In this document: positions 9,663 to 18,442 of the stretch, piece by piece
Position numbering within the stretch: position 1 is the stretch's first letter
Layout: each line of letters begins with the position of its first letter
Source: Polyangiaceae bacterium
GTDB lineage: Bacteria > Myxococcota_A > Polyangia > Polyangiales > Polyangiaceae
Assembly: GCA_044222475.1 (NCBI GenBank)
Contig: JBGANF010000053.1
Coordinates: forward strand, 1 to 47,223
Reading direction: 5' to 3'
Length of the DNA stretch: 47,223 nt
Made by a program: the position numbers and the translations under genes
The notes under the pieces: generated by a model
Told to the model about the DNA's origin: nothing
What the model saw: only the letters and a program-made list of their open reading frames with translations
Database searches by the model: none

Positions 9663-10427
9663 GTGACCGACGACCTCGCCGAGGCTCCCCCGCGCCCCGC
9701 GCCGCCCCAAGCCGCCGACCTCGCTTCGCGCACGAACCCGATCGTCGATCTCGCGCTGACGCTGCCGATCTTCCTCACCTACCACCTCGGCGTCGTCTTC
9801 CTCTCGGTCAAGAACGCGTCCGACGTCGTCACCGGCCTCATCCTCGACGCCGCTCAGGGGAGCAAGGGACTGTACCTTCTCTTCACGCTCGCCATCGGCG
9901 TCGTGTTCGCCGGCGTCTTCGTCTGGCTCGGCCGCGGAAAGGCGTTTCGCATCTCGAAGTTCGCGCAGATGGCGATCGAAGGCGTCGTGTACGCGCTCGT
10001 CCTTCGCTTCGTGGGTGGCTACGTCGTCGGGTCGATGTTCGGCGGCAAGGTCACGATGGGCGGGTTCACCGGCATCATCATGTCGCTCGGCGCCGGGTTC
10101 TACGAGGAGATCACCTACCGCGTGCTCCTCTTCGGCGTCGGCGCGAAGCTCCTCACCAAGCTGCTCGTGAAATCGACGCCCGGCGAAGCGCCCGGCTTTC
10201 TCGTGAGCAGCAAGGCGGCCGCGATCACCATCGCCTGGGCCGTGGTCGCGGCGGCGATGTTCAGCGGAGTCCACTACATCGGCGCGCTCGGTGATCCGTT
10301 CGAGCTCAAGTCCTTCGTCTTCCGATGGGTGCTCGGCTTCGTCTTGACGATGATCTTCGTGCTCCGCGGCTTCGCGCCGGCGGTGTGGGCGCACGCGTTC
10401 TACGACATCTGGGTGCTGGTGCTGTAG
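9663..10427 (+). CDS. CPBP (CAAX/Abi) family intramembrane glutamic protease
   Basis: Motifs 'GFYEEITYR', 'FSGVHY' and 'AHAFYD' with multiple TM helices. GTG start inferred at 9663. Confidence 0.85.
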   Translation: MTDDLAEAPPRPAPPQAADLASRTNPIVDLALTLPIFLTYHLGVVFLSVKNASDVVTGLILDAAQGSKGLYLLFTLAIGVVFAGVFVWLGRGKAFRISKFAQMAIEGVVYALVLRFVGGYVVGSMFGGKVTMGGFTGIIMSLGAGFYEEITYRVLLFGVGAKLLTKLLVKSTPGEAPGFLVSSKAAAITIAWAVVAAAMFSGVHYIGALGDPFELKSFVFRWVLGFVLTMIFVLRGFAPAVWAHAFYDIWVLVL

Positions 10428-10906
10428 GTCGGGGCCGCGCGTCGCTGCTTGCGGCTCTCGGTGCGGACGACCTCGAGAACGAGCCGCGCGTCGTCGATGG
10501 TTCCCGTCGGCATCGTGAGCGGTGCGAGAGCGCGCGCTGCCTCGGCGAGGTCGGCGCAGACCACCTCTTTGGCGTTCGCTCGCGTGAACAGGTTGCTGAG
10601 GACGACGCGACCGGCGCTCGCGAAGAGGCCATCACCCTCGAGCACGGTGATCGCGTGGAGCGAGTCACGATCGCGCTTGCGGATGAGCTCTCGCGCGTGG
10701 GCCCGCGTCTTCGAGTCGGGGAAGGGGAGGCCCGGCGGGTTGACCGACACGAAGTAGTAGCTGTCGTGGGCGCCGCGCGGTGGTTGGAAGGCGTCGAGGC
10801 GAAGCAAGGCGTCGACCGTGACGCGCCCGGTCCACACGGCGATCACACCGTTGCGCCATCGGGCGGCGCAGAAGCTCGGATGAGGATCAGCGAAGGCGAG
10901 CCACAC
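10400..10906 (-). CDS. Hypothetical protein (possibly STAS/SpoIIAA-like myxobacterial small protein)
   Basis: Codirectional just downstream of the MFS gene, with an alpha/beta pattern 'VIAVWTG..T...P..P....R'. Confidence 0.55.
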   Translation of the reverse strand: MWLAFADPHPSFCAARWRNGVIAVWTGRVTVDALLRLDAFQPPRGAHDSYYFVSVNPPGLPFPDSKTRAHARELIRKRDRDSLHAITVLEGDGLFASAGRVVLSNLFTRANAKEVVCADLAEAARALAPLTMPTGTIDDARLVLEVVRTESRKQRRAAPTYSTSTQMS

Positions 10907-10915
10907 GAAAGCAGC

Positions 10916-12145
10916 CTAGCGAACTGTCGAGCCACTGGAAATGGGCAGCCGCAAGGCCAGAACGAGGGCGATCGCCATGCCGCCAGCCGCGGTCCAATAG
11001 GGGGCGCGCTCGCTCACCGAACCGTAGACCCACCCCCCGAGGGCAGGTCCGAACACGCGCGCGAGGCTCGCCATCGACTGGCTCGCGCCGAGGGTGGCGC
11101 CTTGCTCCTCGGGGGTCGCGCACTTCGAGACGTACGCGCTGACCGAAGGCTGAGACAGGCCGTTTCCGATCGCGAGGAGGATGCCCGACGCGTAGAGCAG
11201 CCACGGTCCGACGTCCGGAGAGATCGCGGTGAGCCCGAACGCGACGACTTGAAGGAGAACGCCGACGCGAAGGATCTGCTCGTCGGCCACCTTGCCCGAG
11301 AGCCGCCGCACGATGAGCCCTTGGACGAGCGCCGCAGCGACGCCAATCGCGCCGAGGAGAAAGCCCGTCTGGCGAGTGGACATGCCGAACATGTCCTTGT
11401 TGAAGAATCGATACGTCTGGTCGAGGTTCGCGAACGAGAGGACGAGGACGAAGTTCACCGCGATCGCGCGGCCGATCGCTGGGCTGGAGAGCGCTTGACC
11501 GAGCGCGGTGAAGTCGAGCGGCGAGAGCCTGCGCTTCGGCGTCTTCGCCCGTCGCTCCGGCGGCAGCGACTCGACGAGGCCGAAGAGCACCCACGCGAAG
11601 TTCGCGAGCGACAGCCCAGCCGCGGCCCAACACGCCCACGGGCCGTGCCGACCGTTCACCGCGATGTCCGCCAGCACTCCTCCGATGCCGGGGCCGAGGA
11701 TGAACCCGAGGCCGAACGCGGCTCCGATCAGCCCCATCCCCTTCGCGCGATCTTTGGGCGGCGTCACGTCGGCGATGTACGCGCTCGCCGTGCCGAGGTT
11801 CGCCGTCGCGATGCCGGCGAACACTCGGGCGGCGAAGAGCCAGTGGATGCCGGAGCCGAACGCGAGCGCCGCGCCGAGGCTCGCGTTCGCGATCGCGGTG
11901 GCGAAGATCGACCACACGAGCACCGGACGTCGACCCACACGGTCCGACAATCGGCCCCAAAGTGGGACGAAGAGGAACTGCATGAGCGAGTACACGGCCG
12001 AAAGCAGCGTCGCCACGAAGGGCGTCGAGTGGAACGTGTCGCGCGCCTCTTCGGCGAGAAACGGTAGAACGAGGCCGAACCCGAGCAAGTCCAAGAAGAT
12101 CGTCAGGAAGATTGCGCCGAGCGACGGCTTCCGTGACGACTCCAT
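10916..12145 (-). CDS. MFS transporter, DHA1/TetA-like
   Basis: 'FLDLLGFGLVLP', motif A 'GRLSDRVGRRPVL', motif C 'GFILGPGIGG', about 12 TM helices. Confidence 0.92.
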   Translation of the reverse strand: MESSRKPSLGAIFLTIFLDLLGFGLVLPFLAEEARDTFHSTPFVATLLSAVYSLMQFLFVPLWGRLSDRVGRRPVLVWSIFATAIANASLGAALAFGSGIHWLFAARVFAGIATANLGTASAYIADVTPPKDRAKGMGLIGAAFGLGFILGPGIGGVLADIAVNGRHGPWACWAAAGLSLANFAWVLFGLVESLPPERRAKTPKRRLSPLDFTALGQALSSPAIGRAIAVNFVLVLSFANLDQTYRFFNKDMFGMSTRQTGFLLGAIGVAAALVQGLIVRRLSGKVADEQILRVGVLLQVVAFGLTAISPDVGPWLLYASGILLAIGNGLSQPSVSAYVSKCATPEEQGATLGASQSMASLARVFGPALGGWVYGSVSERAPYWTAAGGMAIALVLALRLPISSGSTVR

Positions 12146-12171
12146 GGGGGGCGGGAGTGTACCATTGGGGT

Positions 12172-13860
12172 ATGGGTCGGGGAGTACGGTCGTTGGTCGC
12201 GCTCGCGATGGTGGCGGGTTCGGTCACCCTGTTGGACTGCGCGGGACCCACCGCCATCGAGATCGACGTCTACAGCGAGGTGCCGTGCTCGACGAACGCG
12301 GAGGTGGTGCTCACGGTCGCCGACGACGTCTCCACGCTGCCAGGCCGCGCGCCATCGTCGACCGCGACGCGCTGCGATCCCGTCGGCGACGGCACGTTTC
12401 GTCGCGGGAACGTCGTCCTCGTTCCTCAGGACTCGAAGGACAAGAAGATCGCGTTCCAGATGACGACTCGCAACGACGCGCAGCCGGTCGCCTCGACGTG
12501 CGGCGCGAGCGGGACCGGATGCATCGCGGCGCGCCGCCAGCTGCGCTTCCTGGCGCACGAGGTCCAGACCGTCCGCGTCGATCTCCGGCTCTCTTGTCTC
12601 GACGTCGTTTGTCCGGGTGCGCAGACCTGCGTCAAAGGGCAATGCGTCGGCGCGGATCTCGTCGGGACGTGCACCGGCGGCTGTGACGAAGGCACGCTCA
12701 CTCCGGACGCGGGTGTGGTCGACGCAGGGCCGGACGTGAAGGACGCCGGATCGGACGTCGTCGAGGCGGGCCCTCGCCCGATCGAGATCGGCGGAGGCGG
12801 CAACTACGCGTGCGCGCTCTCGAGCACCAACGTCCTGCGCTGCTGGGGCGACAACACGAACGGTCGGCTCGGCGACGGCACCACGGCCGATCGCCCTGCG
12901 CCGGTGGACGTGCTCGGCGGCATCGGTCCGGTGACCCAGATCGTCGGTGGCAACGGGACGACGTGCGCACTGCTCGCGAACGGGTCGGTGCGGTGCTGGG
13001 GCAACAACGCCGCGGGCGCCGTCGGCGATGGCACGTTCGCGCCACGCCCCCAGCCGACGGCGGTCAACCTGCCTGGGCCGGCCCTCGCGCTGAGCGTCGG
13101 TCCCTCGTCGGGTCACGTGTGCGCGGTGATGAGCGATCGCACGGCGCGCTGCTGGGGAACGAACGGCGCCGGTGAGCTCGGCGACTTGTCGACGTCGAAC
13201 CGCAACAGTCCAGTGGTGGTCGCCGGCCTCTCGAACGTCGCGAGCTTGGCGGTTGGTGGCGATTTCACGTGCGCGCTCCTCCAGACCGGAGAGGTCCGCT
13301 GTTGGGGCGGCAACGGTACCGGACAGCTCGGAGATGGCTCCGGCACGACGCAGCCCAGCCCGAAGCAGGTGGTCGGCCTCGCGAGCGGCGTGAGGGCGAT
13401 CGCCGTCGGCAGCGACTCGGGGTGCGCGATCCTCGGCACGGGCGACGTTCGTTGTTGGGGTGACAACGGCCACGGCCAAATCGGGGACGGCACGAAGACG
13501 CAGCGGAACACGCCGGTGCCGGTGCCGTTGGCCGGAACCGACGGCGTCGAGCTCTCGGTGAGCAGCCAGCACGTGTGCTTGCGACGACAAGCCGGAACCC
13601 TGAAGTGCTGGGGCGAGAACGGATCCGGCGAGCTGGGTGACGGTACGCGGACCCAGCGCTCGGCTCCGGTCGACGTCACCGCGCTCACGCTCCCCGCGCT
13701 CCGGGTGATCTCCGGGAGCACGCACACGTGCGCACGCGTGCGCGAGGCGAACTCGGACCTCCGCGTCCGCTGCTGGGGATCGAACACGACCGGTGAGTTG
13801 GGGATCGGATCGCTGTCCCCGGTCGACAGCCTGACGCCGCTGCTCGTGACGAACCTCTGA
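12172..13860 (+). CDS. RCC1/BLIP-II repeat beta-propeller lipoprotein
   Basis: Signal peptide ending 'LLDC', a Cys-rich N-domain, a DAG linker, and seven 'CWG.N..G.LG.G' repeats. Confidence 0.9.
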   Translation: MGRGVRSLVALAMVAGSVTLLDCAGPTAIEIDVYSEVPCSTNAEVVLTVADDVSTLPGRAPSSTATRCDPVGDGTFRRGNVVLVPQDSKDKKIAFQMTTRNDAQPVASTCGASGTGCIAARRQLRFLAHEVQTVRVDLRLSCLDVVCPGAQTCVKGQCVGADLVGTCTGGCDEGTLTPDAGVVDAGPDVKDAGSDVVEAGPRPIEIGGGGNYACALSSTNVLRCWGDNTNGRLGDGTTADRPAPVDVLGGIGPVTQIVGGNGTTCALLANGSVRCWGNNAAGAVGDGTFAPRPQPTAVNLPGPALALSVGPSSGHVCAVMSDRTARCWGTNGAGELGDLSTSNRNSPVVVAGLSNVASLAVGGDFTCALLQTGEVRCWGGNGTGQLGDGSGTTQPSPKQVVGLASGVRAIAVGSDSGCAILGTGDVRCWGDNGHGQIGDGTKTQRNTPVPVPLAGTDGVELSVSSQHVCLRRQAGTLKCWGENGSGELGDGTRTQRSAPVDVTALTLPALRVISGSTHTCARVREANSDLRVRCWGSNTTGELGIGSLSPVDSLTPLLVTNL

Positions 13861-13869
13861 TCGTTGCGA

Positions 13870-13960
13870 CGTCCTGGAAGAGAAACGCCAGGACGCCAAG
13901 CACGCCAGGGGACGTGGCGGTTCTCTTTGGGAGTCTCGAGCGCACGGGTGTCCCAAAGAG
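13870..13960. repeat. Truncated family-B-like inverted-repeat element plus hairpin (possible bidirectional terminator)
   Basis: GAGAAACGCCAGGACGCCAAGCACGCCAGG (9-nt period) is closed by TGGCGGTTCTC, followed by a CTCTTTGGGA...TCCCAAAGAG 10-bp stem. It lies between convergent genes. Confidence 0.6.
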
Positions 13961-13966
13961 GGACAA

Positions 13967-14704
13967 CTAACGACGGCGTGCGTGAAGAAACGCTTCTCGG
14001 TTGCCCTTCGGTCCTTCGACGCGCGAGTCGGCGCGCCCCACGACGCTGAAGCCCGCCGCCTCGACCTCGCGCGCGACGCCCGCGATGGCCTCGCTGCGAA
14101 TCCCTTCGTCTCGCACCACGCCGCGCGTCTTCGAAGCGACCTCGCGCCCCACCTCGAACTGCGGCTTCACGAGCGCGACGAGCTGGCCTCCCATCTTGGT
14201 ACACCGGGCGATTGCGTCCACGAGCTTCCCCAGCCCGATGAACGACGCGTCCACGACGGTGAGGTCGACGGCGCCACCGATCGCCTCAGGCTCGAGCGTG
14301 CGACCGTTGGTCCGCTCGAGGACGAGCACCCGCTTGTCGTCGCGGAGCTTCTGCGCGAGCTGACCGTATCCGACGTCGACCGCTGCGACCGACGCCGCGC
14401 CGCGCTGCAAGAGGCAATCGGTGAACCCGCCCGTCGACGCGCCGAGATCGAGGCACCGCAGCCCCGCAGGGTCGACGCCGAGATCCACGAGCGCTCCCTC
14501 GAGCTTGTCCCCGCCGCGCGAAACGTACTTGCTCTTCGCCCCTCGCACGACGAGCGCCGCGTCCCCGGGGACGAGCGCGCCCGCTTTGTCGATTCGCACC
14601 TCACCCGAGTAGACGCTGCCGGCGAGGATGAGCGCCTGCGCCTTCGCCCGCGTTTCGGCGAGGCCTAGGTCGACGAGGCGGAGGTCCGCTCGAACCTTGG
14701 CCAC
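13967..14704 (-). CDS. tlyA: TlyA family rRNA (cytidine-2'-O)-methyltransferase
   Basis: S4 domain, then 'YVSRGGDKL', 'DLGASTGGFTDCLLQRGA', 'VKPQFE' and 'GPKGNRE'. Confidence 0.95.
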   Translation of the reverse strand: MAKVRADLRLVDLGLAETRAKAQALILAGSVYSGEVRIDKAGALVPGDAALVVRGAKSKYVSRGGDKLEGALVDLGVDPAGLRCLDLGASTGGFTDCLLQRGAASVAAVDVGYGQLAQKLRDDKRVLVLERTNGRTLEPEAIGGAVDLTVVDASFIGLGKLVDAIARCTKMGGQLVALVKPQFEVGREVASKTRGVVRDEGIRSEAIAGVAREVEAAGFSVVGRADSRVEGPKGNREAFLHARRR

Positions 14705-14807
14705 TACCGGGACCTGCGTGGGGTGAGCGGGTGACGCATGCGTCGACTCTCAGCGAATTTCTGCTATAGCACTGCACGGGCGGAGGGTGTCCGCTCGACC
14801 ATCTTCC

Positions 14808-15662
14808 ATGCGCTTCCACCTCATCGCAGGCACGGCCCTGGGCCTCTTTTCCCTGGGCTTCCTCATCTACTGCACGGCCGAGCCGGTGGACAACGTCCAG
14901 CCGCCGGTCTGTGAAGCAGACAGTGGCACCGGCTGCCCCTGCGATCCGAACACCTACAAGCCGTCCACTTGCTACAGCGGCGCCAAGGGCACCAACGGCA
15001 AGGGCATGTGCAAGACCGGGACTCGCAAGTGCGAGAACGGCTACCTCACCGCATGCGTGGGTGAAGTCGTCCCCACGACCGAGGTCTGCGATCTGGGCGA
15101 CAACGACTGCAACGGCCTGATCGACGACGTCCCCGAGATCACGAACGCCGAGCCCATCGCGTACTGCACCTCACCCGCCTGCGCGCCCAGCTTCGTCGAC
15201 GCAGCGATCCAGTGCTTCTCGTCGGCGCCCGGGATCTGCGGGGCGGGGAAGAAGACGTGCGCGAAGGGCACGTCGGTCGGCGCGCCCACGGGTTGCGAGC
15301 CGTTCATCAAGCAAGGCGCCGCCGAGGAGTGCAACGGCTTCGATGACGACTGCAACGGTCAAGTCGACGACGGCCTCGGGCCCTTCGGCGACTGCGAGAC
15401 CGACGCTGCCGTCGGCGAGTGTGCGAAGAACAAGTTCGAGTGCGCTGACGGTGGCCTCGCTTGCAAGCCCAAGGATCCGACGACCGAGGCGTGCAACGGC
15501 AAGGACGACAACTGCAACGGCGAAGTCGACGACAAGGCGTGCATCAACACGCCGTCGAATTTCTACTGCTGCGCGCTCAAGACGGGCTCGACCGGTCAGT
15601 GCGTCGCTCCGGGCAGCCCGTTGCTCAACAACGTCAACTATGCTTGCAAACCGGCCATCTAG
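14808..15662 (+). CDS. Cys-rich secreted/lipoprotein with MopE-like 'E.CNG.DDDCNG.VDD' repeats, paralog 1
   Basis: Signal peptide ending 'LIYC' and three E.C...D.DC.G..DD motifs. Confidence 0.85.
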   Translation: MRFHLIAGTALGLFSLGFLIYCTAEPVDNVQPPVCEADSGTGCPCDPNTYKPSTCYSGAKGTNGKGMCKTGTRKCENGYLTACVGEVVPTTEVCDLGDNDCNGLIDDVPEITNAEPIAYCTSPACAPSFVDAAIQCFSSAPGICGAGKKTCAKGTSVGAPTGCEPFIKQGAAEECNGFDDDCNGQVDDGLGPFGDCETDAAVGECAKNKFECADGGLACKPKDPTTEACNGKDDNCNGEVDDKACINTPSNFYCCALKTGSTGQCVAPGSPLLNNVNYACKPAI

Positions 15663-15686
15663 CCACGGAACCGGAGGAACGGCGTC

Positions 15687-16553
15687 ATGAAGCACTCGGC
15701 TTGGCTTGCTCTCTCCGCGGTAGGCGCCTTCGCGATCGGCGCTCTTCTCTATTGCAGCCCCCAGGCGACCCAAGGCGAGCCGGACGCCGGCGTCTGCGAT
15801 CCCGACTCGGGCACGAACTGCCCCTGCGATCCGAACACGTACAAGCCACTCGACTGCTACACCGGCCCCAAGGGGACGAACGGCAAGGGCGTATGCAAGG
15901 CGGGCAAGCGCTCGTGCGTTGGAGGCAAGCTCACCGACTGCGTCGGTGAGGTCGTCCCGACGACGGAGACCTGCGACCTCGCCGACAACGACTGCAACGG
16001 CATCCCCGACGACGTGCCCGAGCACAAAGACGCCGGCGCGATCGCCTACTGCACGTCACCGGCCTGCTCGCCGAGCTTCGTCGACGCGGCGATTCAGTGC
16101 TTCACCGGTGCGTCGGGCATCTGCGGCGCCGGGACGAAGGTCTGCACCGAAGGAACCTCGGGCGGAAAGCCGAACGGCTGCCAGGCCTTCATCAAGAACG
16201 GTGTGCCCGAGGAGTGCAACGGTTGGGATGACGACTGCAACGGCAGCGTCGACGACGGTCTGCAAGGCACGCTCGGCGTGTGTGACACCGACGCAGCGCT
16301 CGGCGAGTGCTCGCACAGCAAGTACGACTGCGCCGATGGCGGTCTCATCTGCCCGCCGGGCACTCCCGGAACCGAGACCTGCAACGGCAAGGACGACGAC
16401 TGCAACGGCAAGATCGACGACAAGTCGTGCCCGAACGTCGGCTCGGACTTCTGCTGCAAGAACAACAACTCGAGCTTCTCGCTCTGCACGAGCTCGGCCG
16501 TCTACATCGACGGCGGCCTCTCCTCGTCGTACACCTGCCGGTACGGAAAATAG
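15687..16553 (+). CDS. Cys-rich secreted/lipoprotein with MopE-like repeats, paralog 2
   Basis: GGAGG RBS, 'LLYC', and the same repeat layout as paralog 1. Confidence 0.87.
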   Translation: MKHSAWLALSAVGAFAIGALLYCSPQATQGEPDAGVCDPDSGTNCPCDPNTYKPLDCYTGPKGTNGKGVCKAGKRSCVGGKLTDCVGEVVPTTETCDLADNDCNGIPDDVPEHKDAGAIAYCTSPACSPSFVDAAIQCFTGASGICGAGTKVCTEGTSGGKPNGCQAFIKNGVPEECNGWDDDCNGSVDDGLQGTLGVCDTDAALGECSHSKYDCADGGLICPPGTPGTETCNGKDDDCNGKIDDKSCPNVGSDFCCKNNNSSFSLCTSSAVYIDGGLSSSYTCRYGK

Positions 16554-16556
16554 CCC

Positions 16557-17402
16557 ATGCGTCTCCTTCGCAGCGCGAGCTACGTTCCTCTGGCGGCCCT
16601 CTTCGCGGCGGCGATCGGGACGCTGATGTACTGCTCGCCGAGCTCGAGCTCCGGCGACCCCGACGCGGCGGTGTGCGATCCCGATTCGGGCACGAACTGC
16701 CCGTGCGATCCGAACACCTACAAGCCGAGCGACTGCTACGAGGGCCCCAAGGGGACGAACGGCAAGGGCATCTGCAAGGCGGGCAAGCGAACCTGCGTCG
16801 CCGGCGTTCTCTCGGCGTGCGTCGGCCAGGTGATTCCGAAGGACGAGGTCTGCAACCTCGCGGACGACGACTGCAACGGCACCGCGGATGACGTCCCCGC
16901 GCTCGCCAACGTCGCGCCGATCGCGTACTGCACGTCGCCGGCGTGCTCACCGACCTGGGTCGACGCCGGCATCGAGTGCTTCAGCTCGGAGAAGCAAGGC
17001 ATCTGCGGCGCGGGCAAGAAGGCCTGCGCACCGTCGCCTGGCGGTGGCACGCCCAACGGCTGCGAGCCCTTCCCGGGCATCCAGGGCGTGGCCGAAGAGT
17101 GCAACGCCTTCGACGACGACTGCAACGGTCTGGTCGACGACGGCCTGACCTACGGACCGTGCGTCCTCGGCGGCCAACAAGGGATCTGCCGCAACGGCGA
17201 AGAGCAGTGCGTCGACGGCGGCGTGAAGTGCGTGAAGACCGTCACACCGCAGACCGAGATCTGCAACGGCAAGGACGACGACTGCGACGGCGAGGTCGAC
17301 AAGGCCGGCCTCTGCACCGGCGGCGCGAAGTGCTGCCACGACTTCGGGTTCGAGTTCGGATCGTGCACGACGTTCACGAGCGGCTGGGACGAGTGCAAGT
17401 AG
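16557..17402 (+). CDS. Cys-rich secreted/lipoprotein with MopE-like repeats, paralog 3
   Basis: 'LMYC' and the shared block 'CPCDPNTYKP..CY.G.KGTNGKG.CK.G.R.C'. Confidence 0.87.
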   Translation: MRLLRSASYVPLAALFAAAIGTLMYCSPSSSSGDPDAAVCDPDSGTNCPCDPNTYKPSDCYEGPKGTNGKGICKAGKRTCVAGVLSACVGQVIPKDEVCNLADDDCNGTADDVPALANVAPIAYCTSPACSPTWVDAGIECFSSEKQGICGAGKKACAPSPGGGTPNGCEPFPGIQGVAEECNAFDDDCNGLVDDGLTYGPCVLGGQQGICRNGEEQCVDGGVKCVKTVTPQTEICNGKDDDCDGEVDKAGLCTGGAKCCHDFGFEFGSCTTFTSGWDECK

Positions 17403-17429
17403 CAGTCGCGCGTTGCTCCTCAGAGGAGT

Positions 17430-17548
17430 GAACAGGAAGGGCGGAAGAACGGAAGGTTCAGGGGGCGTTCCGTCGACGCTGGCGCGTGGCGACGAGCTCG
17501 CATTCGCGATCAACCCCAAAACCTTCCGCCCTTCCGCCCTTCCTGTTC
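17430..17548. repeat. REP/MITE-like inverted-repeat element, family A, copy 2
   Basis: Arms GAACAGGAAGGGCGGAAGAACGGAAGGTT and AACCTTCCGCCCTTCCGCCCTTCCTGTTC. The spacer shares GAGCTCGCAT..CGATCAACCC with copy 1. It lies between convergent genes. Confidence 0.85.
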
Positions 17549-17572
17549 CATCTCTCTGGGAGAACCGAGCGT

Positions 17573-18442
17573 TCAGAGTCTGGCGTCAGGGTACAGAGCC
17601 CGCGCCAAGACCGTGACGCCGTCGCCGATGCGCGGGCCGGGGCGCAGCACTCGTTCGTCGGCGATCGCGAGCACGCGGCCTTCCTTCACCGCGCGCACGT
17701 CGCGCCAGCCGGGCGCGTCTTTCGCGATGCGCTGGGCGCCGTGCTCCTCGGCGACCGCCGCGTCGACGATGACGTCGGGATCGAGGCGAACGACGGCCTC
17801 GAGGTCGAGCACCGGATACGTTCCGCCGTCTTGTACCACATTGGTACCATGCGCCCGCGCGAGGACCTCGGCCCCGAAGCTCCCAGGTCCAGAGGCGACG
17901 ACCGGGGACACGCCGAAGAGGAGGAGCACCTTCTTCGGTGCGACGCTCGCGAGCGCGCGGTCGAGGGCGGCGAGCTGGGCCGCGATCGCCGCGACGGCGC
18001 CTTCGGCCGCCTCCGCGCGGTCGAGCTCCTTCCCGATGCCGCGGATCATCGAGTCGACCTCGGCGAGCGTCTCGGTACGCGGGAGAAACGTGGCGATCCC
18101 GCGCTCCTCGAGCTGGGTCGCGATCGCGGCGCCGGCGGGGCCGCGCGCACCGACCACGAGATCGGGCGACAGCGCGACGATCGCTTCCAGGTTCGGATCG
18201 ACGTAGCCGCCGATCTCGGGCAAGCCGGCGACCTCCGGCGGGTAGTCGCAGAAGCGAGAGCGCCCCACGAGCTGCGCGGTCGCGCCCACGGCGCATACGG
18301 CCTCGGTCGTCGAGGGCGACAGGGAGACGACGCGTCGCGCCCGCCGGGAAACCGCGCTCGGATCCTTCTTCGCCTTGGCTTTGCACGCGAGTAGGGAGAC
18401 CGAGAACGCGAGGACGGCGCGGCGCGAGACGCGCGCGCTCAT
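17573..18442 (-). CDS. BtuF-like helical-backbone (cobalamin/iron) substrate-binding lipoprotein
   Basis: 'RVVSLSPSTTE', 'VGRSRFCDYP', 'IGGYVDPNLEAIVALSPDLV' and 'RPGPRI'. ATGA overlap with the upstream regulator gene. Confidence 0.88.
   Translation of the reverse strand: MSARVSRRAVLAFSVSLLACKAKAKKDPSAVSRRARRVVSLSPSTTEAVCAVGATAQLVGRSRFCDYPPEVAGLPEIGGYVDPNLEAIVALSPDLVVGARGPAGAAIATQLEERGIATFLPRTETLAEVDSMIRGIGKELDRAEAAEGAVAAIAAQLAALDRALASVAPKKVLLLFGVSPVVASGPGSFGAEVLARAHGTNVVQDGGTYPVLDLEAVVRLDPDVIVDAAVAEEHGAQRIAKDAPGWRDVRAVKEGRVLAIADERVLRPGPRIGDGVTVLARALYPDARL

Noticed and set aside
14808..17402. Diversity-generating retroelement (TR/VR) explanation for the paralog repeats
   Set aside because: All three copies are intact genes, the differences are not adenine-specific, and there is no reverse transcriptase in the window.
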